NCBI GenBank assembly: GCA_043228905.1
Contig: JBHGNT010000022.1
Span: forward strand, 4,774,001 to 4,838,000
Direction: 5' to 3'
From: Azolla caroliniana
Lineage: Eukaryota; Plantae; Polypodiophyta
Length of the DNA stretch: 64,000 nucleotides
Made by a program: the position numbers and the translations under genes. Every line of letters starts with the position of its first letter. Position 1 is the first letter of the stretch. Under the pieces are notes generated by a model, which was not told where the DNA came from, did no database searches, and worked only from the letters and a program-made list of their open reading frames with translations. Positions 10,747-24,212 of the stretch are shown here, one piece after another.

Positions 10747-13476
10747 TCATCATGGCAACTCTTCTCGACCGGAACTCCATCGATCGTCTCAACGGTCGGA
10801 AATCCCTCGACCGGATCACTGCTCTACGATCGATAACTTCGATCAAAGCTTTGCTTAACTCAAACCTTCTCGTTCAGTCAGCACAAGTCGTGATTGGATC
10901 ATACACCAATCGGCTAGTTCAATGTGGCATGGGTCGTGAAATCATGTTGTGCATTTGTGTATTTTTTCTTTCATCATGTGAGTTGTGTTTTCGAAATTTC
11001 ATGATTTGTACCACTTATTTTTTGAAATTCTAGTTTTTACCCTCATTTTTTAGATTTTTATTTTCTGCCCTCCGGTTTTTGAAATCTTCTCTTCTACCCT
11101 CGAGCTTCTAAAATTTGATTGTGTGCCCTTGATTTCATGCAAATTTTCGTTGTGTACCCTTCTCTTCTTTCGTTTCCTCTCTTCACCTTCTTTTTCTCTT
11201 GTCCTATTTTTTTTCTTGTCTCTTCTCTGTGTCTGACTTCTTCTTTTTCTCCTGATTCTGATTTTTCTTCATTCTTCTTTTTTCTGCATTCTTCTTCCTC
11301 CAATGTTCTCTTTATCCCTTCCTTTCCCCTACTTTGCTTCCCCGTTTCCATCTTGTTCTCCTCTTTTTCCTTCTCTTTTCTTTCTTCCATTTCTTCTTCA
11401 CCTTCATCCGTTTCTTCTTCTTTAGCCATGGCAGAGCTCGGTGGAGCTCTCTCTCTACTCTGTCTTGGTCTGTGTCTGTGTCTGTATCTATATCTGTTTA
11501 GGTCGTTTATGTTCGTCGGCCGTCGGACCTCTGTCGGAGTCTTTCAGTTGTCCTTCGGGGTCGGTTGTCCTTTGGCTGTCTCCACGGTCGTTGGTAGTCC
11601 CTCTCTGTGGTTGTGTCTACGGTTGTCCGTTTGCCGGCTTTCGGACGTTTGTCCGACCTTCGCCGTCCGCTGACTATCTTCGTCCGTTCGATCATCCAAC
11701 CGTCTGTCGGGGTTGTAGGATAGTCTCTAAAGAAGTTCCTCCTCCTTTAGAGTTAGGGTAGATCCTTTTCACTCAAGACATAGCACACTAGACAACACAA
11801 CCTCGAGCCATACATTCACTAGCATTCTTGGTCCTGCTAGGCTCCTTGAAGACATTAGTAAAAATCTTGGTAATTTCTAAGAATCTTAGTAAGAATCTGT
11901 AATGCTCTTGCGTCAGAATGGCCATCAATCTTGTACTTGTATTTGAACTTAGGGATCATCAAATAGAAATTCTTCACAGTCCCTTACACTTAGGGATCAG
12001 TCAAAAGCATGACTCATCACTTTTGACTGACCTTTCTTGACAGCAACCACACATACTTGCATAACAACGTGTCCTACATCTATAAAAATAAAATTGATGG
12101 GATGACTGTTGCAGAGCAAGTGATTAGAGCTTTGCAATGGAACAAGAAGGGGAGGCTAGCTAAGGTTCAACAATACCACAAGGGGATCAAGTAGGGATGG
12201 AAGATCATGGATTAGGGGTTTTGTCACAAAAGGAAAACGTAAGAGAAGAATCTAACTATGTGTCTAGCTTTTAGGATTAGGGTTTTCTGCAGTACTGAAT
12301 GATGAATGAAGAAGGGTAAAAAGGGGGATTGGGTAAGAGTTGGGAAGAAAGAGATTGAGTGGGAGTGATGATACAGGCCATAGTCGTGAAGAGCTTGAGA
12401 TTAAAAAACGTTCAGGTCCATCTTTGTCAGACCAAAGGTCTAAAGAACCTTCTTTTTGGGACCTTGCAGCAACTTGTAGAGACATAGTTGGGAGGCCTAA
12501 CTTTGGACATATTTTGCCATGGCATCTCTAGAACAGGGAACCGCCATGGAGCTCAACTCTTCTTCTTGCTTCCTAAACATGCTTTCTCTCAACTTCCTTG
12601 ATCTGTTTAGTTTTCTTTAGCTACATACACTTCCTTACTTGCTTGAAATCAATGGCGCCCAAACTTGAGTTGTATGTTTCTCAACACACACATACACACA
12701 TAGAGATGCAGAGAGAGAGAGAGAGAGACGTTAGTTGGAGAGGGAGAGCAAGGGAGGGAAACGTGACTTCTTCTCAAGGGAGGGTCATCCTTTCGATAGG
12801 GTAACAATGGGTTGGATGCGAATACGAAAGATTATTTATAAATGAATGGGGGAAGAGAGGTGGAGGAAAGAAGAGAGTGGAGTATAGAAGGAGTTTCTTT
12901 GTTGATGATGCCTCTCGATGTTGTTGATCCTTCTTCTTCCATTTTCCAATTGAGTAGAGCTTCCGCGTTCCTTCTCCCTCCTCCCCTTCTTCACTAGAAT
13001 AGGCTCTTATTTATAGGTTTAGGATTGCTTGCCTTTTTCCCCTAAAAAAAAGCTTGTCTATATGAGTCGATTTTTCTTTTCCTCACTATTTCTGTTTTCT
13101 AGCCCCAAATTTCACATGCAAGATATTCTTAGTTAGATTTCTTATGCATCTTTTCGTTTCTAATTTGGACATCTGACGAGGAAATTATGAGCTTTTTTCT
13201 CTACTATGCTCCTCATATCCACGCGTGCTTCTTTTTTTCTCTCCATCTTTTTCTCTACTTTTGTTTACTTTTGAAAACTGCCTCTAACTTAATATTCATC
13301 ATTATTTATTGTAAGGTTCAATCCTTTGACCATTTATTTATAAGGAATTATATTTGTAAAATGAAAAAGTATTTTTTCTACCAATAAAGTTGACTTCACA
13401 ATACTAGTTTATTTGAACTACTATTTTACTTCTTTTCGAGGGTGGTTTCACACTATGTGTTAGAAACATCACGACA

Positions 13477-13525
13477 TCCACCCCCACCAAACCTGCACAT
13501 CCTCCGGTATGTGCCAATGATTGTT
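13477..13525 (-). promoter_or_regulatory. Polypurine tract of element B with upstream GCACAT…ATGTGC hairpin
   Basis: Minus strand GGCACATACCGGAGGATGTGCAGGTTTGGTGGGGGTGGA|TGTCGTGA. The same block occurs at 62389-62427. Confidence 0.75.
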
Positions 13526-13537
13526 AGCTGCTATTGC

Positions 13538-16500
13538 TTATTCTTTTTGAACCTCGACGTCTAGAGGTTCGATTTGAGGACTTGTGGTCTCTGTTCTCTT
13601 AATGATATTGATTCTCTTCCCTGCAATCGGCAAAGCAAGTCGAGTTCCATCTAACTCCGCTAGAAAATAGGTTGCATTGTTTTCAATTTCCTTAACAACA
13701 TATGGGCCAAACCATCGTTTCACGAACTTTTTAGTAGTGTTATGCTGATTATCAAGGCTGCTATCATAGACAAGTACCCAATCTCCTTCTTCAATTTTTC
13801 TTAGACGAAGACAATGCTTTTTATTAAAATTCTCCTTGTTCCTCAATCGAGCCTCACATAACCGTTCTATTGCTAACTCGACATCTTTGGGTCTCCGTCC
13901 TATTTGTTGGATCCTTGTAGCTAGCAAGTCTTCTCGACTCATCTCCTCTTGCCATGGCAAAGTCGTCCATGAGGTAACACTTTGCTCGATAGGCATTATT
14001 GGTTTTTGCCCTAATATGAGCTCAGTCGGCATATAACTTGTAGTCGTGCAATGTGTAGTTCTATCGGCCCACAATGCATATGGTAATAATCGTGGCCAGT
14101 CCCCCATCTTCCCATCACAAGCCTTTGCTAGAGCTTTTAGAATCAAGCTATGTCCCCGCTCCACCTTTCCATTTGCCTCCGGGTTGTATGCCATAGTAAG
14201 TGATAATTTGACGCCTATCCTTGAGAAAAACTCTTTAGCTTCATTTCATCTAATTCTCCTCTAACGGCTACTATTTTGTAGACACATCCGTATCGACAAA
14301 TAACATCTTCAAGGAGAAACTTGCAAACTGCCAAAGTTGTTTTATTCCTTAGTGCTCGACCTTCTACTTGGTTAGTGAGATCCTCTCTTGATAGCACGAG
14401 GTATCTCATTTGCCACAATCCCATTGGCATAACCACCATGTCTACCAACCACTTATAGTGCATTGATAATGGATATGTTGGATGAAGTTCATCCCTATGT
14501 TGAACATTCGAGTATAATTGGCATTGCGCACATGTTTCAACATAGCTTGCTACATCTTTGTAAACACCCGGCCACCAATACTTCTCCTTGAGCTTTGCAA
14601 AAGTAGCCCATATACCTCAATGACCTGCCCACGCACTATCATGAAATTCAGCAATTAATGTTTGTTGATCTTGTTTCTTGCACACCACTCAAAGTGGAGT
14701 TCCATTCTTCCTCTTTGGAAACTTCCATAGATGTCCTTCTTTGAGGAAGAACTTGTAGGCCTTCTTCCTAATTCGGTAGAAGTCTTCCTTTAACCATGAT
14801 TCATCCTTTGTAAGAGAGCTTAAGTACTTGCCAATTTCGATGAATCACCCTCATAATCTTCTACTTTAAACACCTCTAGCACTCGAGCACAAGAAACCGT
14901 AAAGAAGTTTAGGCCAACATCCTCTTCATCGGAGATCGGATCTTCTTCACCCTCGTACCTTGCCCTTGACAACATATCGGCCACCACATTATGTTTCCTA
15001 GTTATATGTTGAATCTCAGGGTTGAGCGACATGATATAGGCAATCCATCGTAGCATAACAATATCCAGCGTAGCACAACCGGATATCCTCTGGAGAATAG
15101 GTAGACAATCAATTTCAATTATGACTTCATTCCGATAATGTAATCGTGATCGGTTTTAACCACGGATGCTATCCCCCATAGCTCTCTCTTTACTTGGGCG
15201 TACTTTCTTTGTCTTTTGGTCAACACCTTTGCACCAAATCGGATTGCATACCGATTTTTTTCTTTGTCTTCTTGGTTAATCACCCATCCAATTCCGGTTG
15301 GGCTCGTATCCACTGTCACATATATCAGGGTACCTTCGGTGTTGTTGGCTTTGCGCAATGTTGGAGCTTCCAATAATAGTTTCTTCAACTTTTGAACCGC
15401 ATAGGTATGCTCGTCTTCCCATTCAAACTTCTTCCTTTTCTTTAGTAGTCCATACAATGGTTCAGCGACATGGGCATAGTGTGGAATCCATATGTGGTAG
15501 AACGCACATGCTCCCAAGAATCTTCTCACCTCTGTTAGGGACGCACACTCCTCTTTCATCTCTTGGATAGCATTCACCTTGGATGGAGATGGCTTCCAGC
15601 CATAAGATCCACATAAGTGTCCTACTACCAATATTTCTAGTTGACCGAATGCGGACTTCTCTCCTGAAAACGTGAGATTTGCATCCTCAAGCTTTTGCAA
15701 CACCTTCTCGCTATCCTTTATATGATCGATGACGAATCTTCGGCAACCATCTTCATCTTTTGATTCATCTTTTTCTTCCACCCAGCATCCTTTGATCAGA
15801 ATTTCATTTAAGAAAGGCATTGTGATATCAGGAATACAATCCTTTAACAATTTGTTCATGGCATTCACCATGCGGGCTACGGAGTTTGTCACACCTTGGG
15901 GTAAGGTGCACATCCTTACCAACCCGATCGGTGTCCTCATTGTTGTAATGTCTCTACTATCAACTGCCAATTGAAATTGATCATAGCCCGAGTAGAGATC
16001 ACCAATGGAATAGATCGATCTTCCTGCGAAGGCTTCGGCAAATTCATCCACGCTTGGACCAATTCCGACATTTCAGATCGTCACCTTGTTGACGGGTTGG
16101 AGATCTTGAATAAAGCGTAAGGACCCGTTCTTCTTCGGCACCGTAAACCATCTATTGGAGCAGGGAGCATTGCACGGCTCAATAATTCCCATCCTATCCT
16201 TTTCCTTTAGAAGCTCAATCAACTTTGGAATGTGAGCTCTTGGAACCGGTATCGTCTTGAGGTTCCAAGGTACATGCGGCACCATAAATATCACCATCGG
16301 CTCTATCATCTTCGGATCGGCATATCCAATTTCTTGTGGAGAGAAGGCGAAGGCTTTCCCATGTCTCTCAAGCATCATCCGAAACCTTTCTTCTTCTTCG
16401 GGGAGAAGGGAGCCATCCTTCCCGACTTGGAGTTTCCCTCTTGATTCGTCGGTGAAGGTATGGCCTATCCCTTTTGGGTCTCTGAGACTTGGATCCTTGG

Positions 16501-19128
16501 TAACTTTATTCATCCTTTGCCAACTATCGTCCGGTAACGGAATAGGTACTGGCTTGACCTTCTTATCTACTGATTTCTATTTTGTGTTTACTTTGACCAA
16601 CTCCTCCATGACCCCTCATCGGCATTCATCGATGGCGGTATACATGTTGATGGAGTTGACTTGAATCATATGTTGCTCATGAGGGCTCAAGTCCACGATA
16701 CTCTCTATTTCTCCGATTGTATCGTTAAATGAGGCTTCCTCCATGACCCATGATATGTTTTCTTCTTCTAATATTCCTTGTTCTTTTAGCCAATGTTCAA
16801 AGTTTTGAACTTGGCACTTCTCTCTCTCATCGAGTGTAGTCATCCCACACACACCATTAGGTGCTAAATATAGTTTTCCTTCTTGCTTCTTTCTTCTTTT
16901 CGGGGACTTACTTTTTCTTGGACTATCTTTGCCCCATTCTTCAATAGTCCGTGTTAAAAATCCAAGGCCTCATCTCTGAGGCTATCTCGGTTCCTCTCAT
17001 GATTAGCTCGCACTGTCAAGAATTGAACCGACTTTTGACCATCAAGACTCTTCACCCAAGCGAATGTTGTTCCACTATCGAACACCTTAGTCTCCATCCT
17101 TGATGATGTTATGTAGGGTTGCCCAAGAATCACCAAATGGGAAGCCGAATCTTGCACAAAAAAGTGTTGGTCAATCTCTACATCCCCAATTGTGATTTGA
17201 ATGTTGGGACATGCTCCATAAAGATCTTCTGTTGCCTTCGTTGTCGCATGAATCTTCCATCCATGGTTTGTGTTGATAGGCCATCTTCCCTTCTTGTAGA
17301 AATCCGTCGACATGAAGTTAATCTCTAATCCGTGGTCTATAAGAGCCACAACCGTCTCTTTCTTCTCTCCAATCTTCACTGGAGTTTCTGTTGTCGCTCT
17401 CACCCAATGGGGTCATGTATAATGACTGTCCACTAGATCTTCTTCTTTATCTTTCGTTCTTGCCATAGTTATGGCATTGGTTGTCACCTTTGTCGAAATT
17501 CCCTCTTCCTCATCCGCTTGTTGTCTTTTACTTTTGATAAGATCGACGATGGTCTCATGGAACTCCTTCTTTGCAATTCCAAGTAGTTCTCTCAATGTAA
17601 GGTCAATATGGCTATCGAGCACTCTTTCTTCAAGAACCTTTCTTAAGTTAGTTGTTTGTTCAATATCCGACCTTAATTTGTATGTTGGTGTCGATCTATC
17701 CTTCCCCTTCTTTGCATTCTCTTCAATGGGTTGTGTTGGTTCCTAGGCTCTCTTGTTTGAGCTTTCATCTTCTTGACGTGTGGTCTTGATCATCTCTTCC
17801 TACTTCTTAAAGCTTCTTGTGTCATGTTTCTTAGAAGGGACTTCATCTAGATCCGTCCTCTTCCGCTTCTCATCCACAAACAATTCGTGGGTTTCGCATA
17901 TGACCTCTGCAGAGATCATGTTGTTAACAACCGAATCTGCCCACCCAGTAAGGTCTCGTACATGAAGGTTGGCTAGCTTTGCATCATCCGAATTAATCTT
18001 CCCTTTTTTTTCATATTCGAGGACGGTCGGCCAAAACCCGGTTCCCATTTAATCATTCCAAGATTCTCCTTCCCGATTCTTATACCGGCAGATGCGGCAT
18101 AGTGTATAGCTTCAACATGGCTCACATCGGCCTCATCCATGATTTTCTTTAGACCCCCCCTACCGAAATTCACTAGCAAGGGCTTTCGAGTCTCACTTGA
18201 GTGTATAATGTTGCCTTCCATGTAGATGAGGTTTTGTCGAATTGCCTCTTGAAGGCTAGCACAATCTTCCCTTGCATGATCAACACTATCACACCATACA
18301 TATCTATATGGGTCTTTCCCCTTCGGCCCTCTACGACTCATATTAGCTAAGGAAACCGCTTCAAATTTTCGTGCCAACTTTTCAATCACAGAGTTCTCCA
18401 TCGCTCTTTTGGTCGGCTCACTTTGCTTTGTCATCTCAGTTGCTATTGGAGCCTTCCTTCTTTGGACTACCAGTCCTGCGATGTCGGAATCATCTAGCCA
18501 TCGACAACATTTGTCAAATCGATCACATGCTCTTCTTACCGCAACCCAATCCGTTATGAGACCATTGGGTTGTGCTTCGTCCTCTAATAGACTACCTAAT
18601 TCTGGTCTATCTTTTGCATCCACCGCCTTTAAGAAGTACGAAACTTTATCTCCTTCGAGAAGTGTTTGGTCGGTTCTCGAGAGACAGTTGTACATTTGAT
18701 CAAATTTGGTGTACACTCCCGATGTGTTCATGTTCTTCCCCTTCTTCTCGATCCACTTCATCAACGTATGATGAGTCATCCTCGATGCATCTTCAAGCAT
18801 ATATTCAGCCAAAAGCGCCCTTTCAAATTCCCACCCATGTTGTTTGGGCGGCTCAAATCTCCCTTATACGGCCTTGTAACCCAATAGCTACAACACGCTT
18901 GAAGCTTGATATTTGCTTCTCTTCAATGACATCGCGTTGTTGCATCTTCGTCTTGTATGTAGCGAGAAAATCCGTAATGTTTCTTCCACCAAATTGGCCC
19001 GCTATCTCAACGATTCAGTCGATGGCCTTGTCTAAGCTTGCATCATTATCTCGAGCTCTCATCATATGCTCGACAATAGCCACCAACTTTGCTACTTCAT
19101 CAACTTGGGTGTTTGGCGAAGATGCCAT
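13538..19128 (-). pseudogene. gag-protease-RT-RNaseH-integrase of element B, disrupted
   Basis: Protease ALIDHGLEINF, RT (DLYSGYDQF, LPQGVTNSV, PFLNEILIKG), RNase H (VDTSPTGIG, KRELWG), integrase (YNPEANGKVERGH, WFGPY). Confidence 0.92.
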
Positions 19129-19173
19129 CTTCTAATCTTTTATTTCAAGCACTTGATCCTTCCTACCACATCT

Positions 19174-19190
19174 TCACGTCAGGTTCACCA
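19174..19190 (-). promoter_or_regulatory. Primer-binding site TGGTGAACCTGACGTGA (tRNA-Trp)
   Basis: Lies 8 nt inside the LTR end at 19199. Matches the recalled plant tRNA-Trp 3' end …UCACGUCGGGUUCACCA at 16 of 17 positions. Confidence 0.85.
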
Positions 19191-19519
19191 CTTTATTATG
19201 TCATGAAAATACGTCATTATGTGTGGATCGCAAGGCGGAACCGCCAGGGTTATGGATGGGAAGGAAATAGGGCTTACACGAACAACACAAGGAAGGATTA
19301 CACAAACAAGGTACGAGTATTCGAACGTGTTTGTGAAAAGGAGAAATGCATGGGCAAGCCCGAATCAACCCCTAGTCACAAGGCAAACGAAGGCACGTGA
19401 GGAACGCTTACACACGGACACACAAGGAAAAGGCTTACTTACACACACGAGAGACAGAGTTTCAAATGCCATTGTGAAAAGAGAGGTGCTCAACAGGCCC
19501 AATTCAGCTCCCTTGTTGC

Positions 19520-22500
19520 TGTGACTTCGGCGCTTGTCGACCCGCCGGTTCCTTCGTGTTGGCGTCGACTTCTACTACCTTCTCGTCCGCTTGGCCTTCA
19601 GTTGATCAAGTTCTTCCGAATCCATTTGTTGAACCGAATTGGCTGTCTCCAACTCGTTCCAGCTCTTGTCTGAATTGGTCGCTCCCGATTCGTCTTCCAG
19701 TTCCAGGCCCTTCACCACATCGGACCAAGTCCGGGTCTTGGCCTTCTTCTTCCGGTCGGCTCTGTCCTTCTTGACTCTGCCACAGCTGTCACTTGTTCCG
19801 ACTTGTTCGGATGTGTCAACTTCCTTTGTTGACTCGGCTCCTTTCTTCTTCTTGTCTCTCCCTTTGTCGGTTCTTCCCTCACCGGTGCAATCAGCGGTTT
19901 CTTTGCCTTTGCCCATTCCGGTGTCTTTGCCCGTTCTCCCCCTCAAGTGTGGCACGTCAAAATGCTGAACACCAAGCATTTCAGTGAAGTGCTGCAACTT
20001 GTCCGACCTGAGCGGTTTGGTGAAGATGTCGGCAACTTGCCGATCCGTATGAACATACCAAAGTTCAACTTCACCGCTCAGAACACACTCACGCACGAAG
20101 TGGTAGTGCACTTCTATGTGCTTTGTGCGAGCATGGAATATGGGGTTCTTGGCGAGCTGCATGCTACTTATGTTGTCGCAGTAGATCAGGATTGGGGTCG
20201 GTGATTGGGGTCGCACCTCGATCCACAGGTCTTGCAGCAATTGCTGAAGCCAAATGGCTTCACAAGTGGCAACAGTAGCGCCCTGGTATTCAGCCTCAAT
20301 GCTCGAAAGGGCCACTGTTGGCTGTTTTTGGTTGCTCCACGCAACAACCGCGCTACCAACAGAAAACATATAGCCGGAGGTGGATCGACGATCTGATGCA
20401 TCGTTGGCATGTGTCGTTGGCATCAAGTGCCCACATTTCTTCCTCCATAGCAGCACGCCAATGTGCGTCCTTTGCTGCTTCTGCGTAGCTCTCCGGCTCA
20501 CACACTTCCGCCACTTTGGTCATGTACGCATAATGATGCGCCATGTACTCATTGTACCCATACGGCTGCACGGGGTTCTTCTGGCAGGAAGACCGGCGTA
20601 ACTTATCGTTACCCGGTTTGGGGCCCTTCTTGGCCGGTTTGGACTTCATTCTCGAAGATCCACCTTCATCCTTTCCGGAGTCGGATTCGCTCCGATCCTA
20701 CTCAACGTTGCCGGTTTCGTATTCCAGCATCTTCTTCTTCCCCTTCTCTTTGTGCGTGAACCGTCTCCTCGGTTCCTTGCACGGGGAGAGCACGGCAGAG
20801 TCTCCACTACTCGCTGGTTCGTCATCCGATTGGTCTGTCAGACTCAGTTGCTCAACCAAAACGATTCCGGACTCTCATCTAGAGTCTCGAACCCTTCATC
20901 TTCTAACTCGACTGGTCCAAGCTCACTAGCCTCATCCTCCGATATCGAGTCGGGGTCGGAAGTCGGAGCCGGTAAGGCATACCATGATGCCGTCTCATCA
21001 AACTCAATATCTCGGCTAACTTGGACATGCTTCGTCCGGGGGTTATAATACTTATACCCCTTTTGCTCATGCGAGTAACCGACCAAGATGCATTTCTCTG
21101 ACTTTGCATCCAACTTCCTCCGCTTCTCATCCGGCACATGCACATATGCAATACTACCGAATATCCGAAGGTGTCTCAAATTCAGCTTGCGCCCGAAATA
21201 CAGCTCATGCGCGGACACCTTGTCACCCATCCGGTTTTGGATATAGACGACCGTCCGGACCGCCTCAGCCCAGTAGAATTTGGGCAAGCTCTTCTCCTCC
21301 AGCATCGCCCTTGCCGCATCGATAATCGACCGGTTCTTCCTCTCGGCCACACCATTCTGTTCCGGTGTGTATCTACAGCTGAACTCTCGCCGAATTCCTT
21401 TTTGTTGTAGATAAATGTTGAATTTGCTGGAAAAATATTCTTTTCTACCATCCGACCGTAGGCACTTGATCCTCCTCTCCGTTTCCCGTTCAACCAAGCT
21501 TTGGAGGTTCTGGAAACACTCAAAGACTTCACTCTTTCGCTATAGTCGTTGATGAAGGAGACGAAATATCGACTCCTGCCAAGACTCACGTTCTATGCCA
21601 GACCCCATACATCCGAATTAATAAGGTCGAGCTTGTTACGGCTACGGTTTCGTTCGGTGGGGAATGGAAGCCGGTGTTGCTTCCCGAGTTGGCAGGTTTC
21701 ACATACTTGGGCCTTCCAACCACTAAACTTCGGCAAACCGAAAACAACTTGTTTCGTTTGCAAGTCTTGAAACCTCTGATAATTGACGTGGCCGATCCAT
21801 TTGTGCCAGAGATCAATATCCAATTCAATCTTCTGTCCTTTGGCGAACAAAGCGGTGTCAACGTCATTGGTGTCGAGGATGAACATCCTCCCATCTCTGC
21901 GCCCTTGCGCAATAATCTGGCCCTCTTCCTCGATGAAGCACCCGAGGTGCGTAAACCGCACCTGCATCCCCTAGTCGACAATCTGTCCAACCAACACTAG
22001 GTTCTTTGTGATGGTCAGAACGTGTAATACGTTCATCAGCTTCCCCCTCTGTCCGACGTGGCTCAAAGGGACTTCTCCGACATGCACGATTGGGTGTGGA
22101 GTGTCATCTCCGGTTTCGACAACTCCTAGTTGTTCCGGTTTCTCTATGAAGGAGAACCACTCTTCGTGGCTCGTCATGTGATTTGACGCACCGGAATCAA
22201 CGTACCACACTTCCTCCGATTTGGAAGTGGTCTTCTTCATTGAGTTAGCCTCGTGTTTCATCACCAAGGCTGGCCCTTTACCGGCTTCTCCGGTTTTGGA
22301 TCCTCCTGATCCTTCTGTGTAGTGCGAGTATTGTCGGTTCTCTCTGTCGTCCTTGCCGGATCCGGATCTGTTCGAATCGGCGCGCTTCTTCCAGCACTCA
22401 CTTTCTTTCTGGCCCTTTTTACCACAATACCAGCATTCTGTGTCGACCTTTGCTTGCCGGCCTCCGGCACCACCTTGACTCCCCCTACTTGTGGAGGGTT

Positions 22501-23740
22501 CGGAACTACTGTCGGCATGTTCTTTGTGCCTTCGCTCCTGCTCTTGCCGGTTGCTACCATTGCGAGCTGACCCGCCTCATCCACCACGCCCACGGGGCTG
22601 ATCCGCCTCCGTGTACAACATCCGACTATCGGTGGGTGCACTTGTTGAAGCACCGGCGTGGTTCTCCTCTACAAGGAGCATCGATTGTAAGTCGAAAATT
22701 GAAGGCATATTCTCCCTTGTACATACAATCATTCGGAACGCTCTGAACTTAGACGCTAGGCCCCCAAGACAGATCTGCACCATCTCATCTTCCTCTACAG
22801 TGACATTGATAGAGGCCAGTGAGTCACAGATCTCTTTCATTCGGGCCGTGTAATCGGCTACCGACATGTCCTTCTGTCGGACATTGCTCAACTCCTGTCG
22901 GAGTTGCAGCTTCCGAGCCGTAGTGCTTGCCCCGAAAACCTTCTTCAAGTTTCCCCAAGCTTCCTTTGGCGTCTTGGCATCTCGGACATGGCTCAGCATC
23001 TGGTCTCCGACACTGGATACAAAGCAGTACATCACTCTACTTGCCGCTTGTTCCCACACTAGGAAGTCCTTGTGTGCCGCATCAGGTGTTGTGTCGTTAG
23101 CTCCGTCAACATAGCTCTAGTAACCATGCCCAAGCAAGTACTGGTGCATCTTGTATGACCAAGATGCGTAGTTGGATCTGTCGAGCTTCTCCACCGGGAG
23201 CAAGCTAGCCATTCCTCTGTCCATCACTTCTCTTTCTGTTCTTACCGGGTCTTAGGGTTTGTCTTCAGATGCTGATGTTGGCTGCAGAGGTTCTCAACCC
23301 TCGCGCTCTGATACCATGTAGAAATGAAGGTGCGGAAGCCTCAAACAAACCGGCTCCACCGAATATCAACAGACAGAGAGAGAGAGAGATTAATACGCGG
23401 GAGAGATAGAGAAGGAGCAGAACATTAAAAATCTATTACAAAACAATAATAGTTCTCTGTACATACAACGTGCTCAATAGCACTATTTATATGAGTCCTA
23501 AGAGGACTGACAGAAGTACTGTGTACTTCAATGCTCACACGAGTGTCTGACACTAACTACGAGTCATTAACTACCTTGTAGTCTAGGCTGCTACTAGGCT
23601 TCCGGTTACTGCTGGATCCGGCTCCCGAGCTCACCAGCTTGCTTTCTCACTGGCTCACCGATCCAGCTCATCCATCTGGATACCGATCTGGCTCAGGCTT
23701 ATTCAGTTGATCCGGATCCGGTTGAGCTTGCCTCTTAATA
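19520..23740 (-). mobile_element. Ty1/Copia element, RT deleted and 3' LTR lost
   Basis: 5' LTR 23317-23740 (TG…TA, one decayed end) and PBS-Met TGGTATCAGAGC at 23305-23316. Gag, protease (WYVDSGASNHM), integrase (LRSDG, TPEQNGVAERKNR) and RNase H (RRSTSGY, RTKHIEVHYHF) are present. Left boundary approximate. Confidence 0.9.
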
Positions 23741-23787
23741 GTTTACACACAAGAGAAACAATTTTGAACGCCTTTGTGAAAGGTGAG

Positions 23788-24206
23788 TGTTACCGGCCGG
23801 CAAGGAGTCCAAAATACGGAGTGAAGGAATTAATTAAGTATGGTTGTAAATAAGCATAGTATGGACGGACGGACTGGAAACGGTATGCCGTTCCAGATCC
23901 GGACGGATCCCGAATAGGTGCGATAGGCACCGTTTTGTACTACGGGCCGGAAACCTATTTAAAGGCCCGGACCCCATTGTAATCGCAGCGGATAATTAAT
24001 AGAGCGTATGGTGTTTATACTTCTGTGTTGATTTCCGTTCTGTACTTACTGTTATATCTTACGCGTGTAATTAACAAAAGCGCTCTAATCGTGTAACCTA
24101 CTTAGGTCGGTGTAATCGTTGAGTCATAATCCTATGCCGTATTCACCCTTTGGTGAAGTGTCTCCGTGACACCTTGTGTTAGGCCTTGTCCGGTCAGAGA
24201 ACAACA
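23788..24206 (+). repeat. 5' LTR of element C
   Basis: TGTTACC…AACAACA. TATA-like CCTATTTAAAGG near 23955. One mismatch to the 3' LTR found by eye (GTATTCACC vs GTAATCACC). Confidence 0.98.
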
Positions 24207-24212
24207 CAGTTT

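Larger units (their letters stand above)
10361..12806 (-). mobile_element. 2.4-kb non-coding LTR-element derivative with one complete LTR
   Basis: TG…CA ends and a perfect ATGGG TSD (10356-10360 / 12807-12811). Host LTR sequence resumes on both sides. Confidence 0.8.
9300..13476 (-). repeat. 3' LTR of element B (left end truncated; interrupted at 9517-10120 and 10361-12806)
   Basis: Segments 9300-9516, 10121-10360 and 12807-13476 rejoin to match 33900-35015. Confidence 0.85.

Noticed and set aside
11094-11673. E/K-rich and F/S-rich ORFs on opposite strands
   Set aside because: Products of a low-complexity purine/pyrimidine tract with no domain signal.
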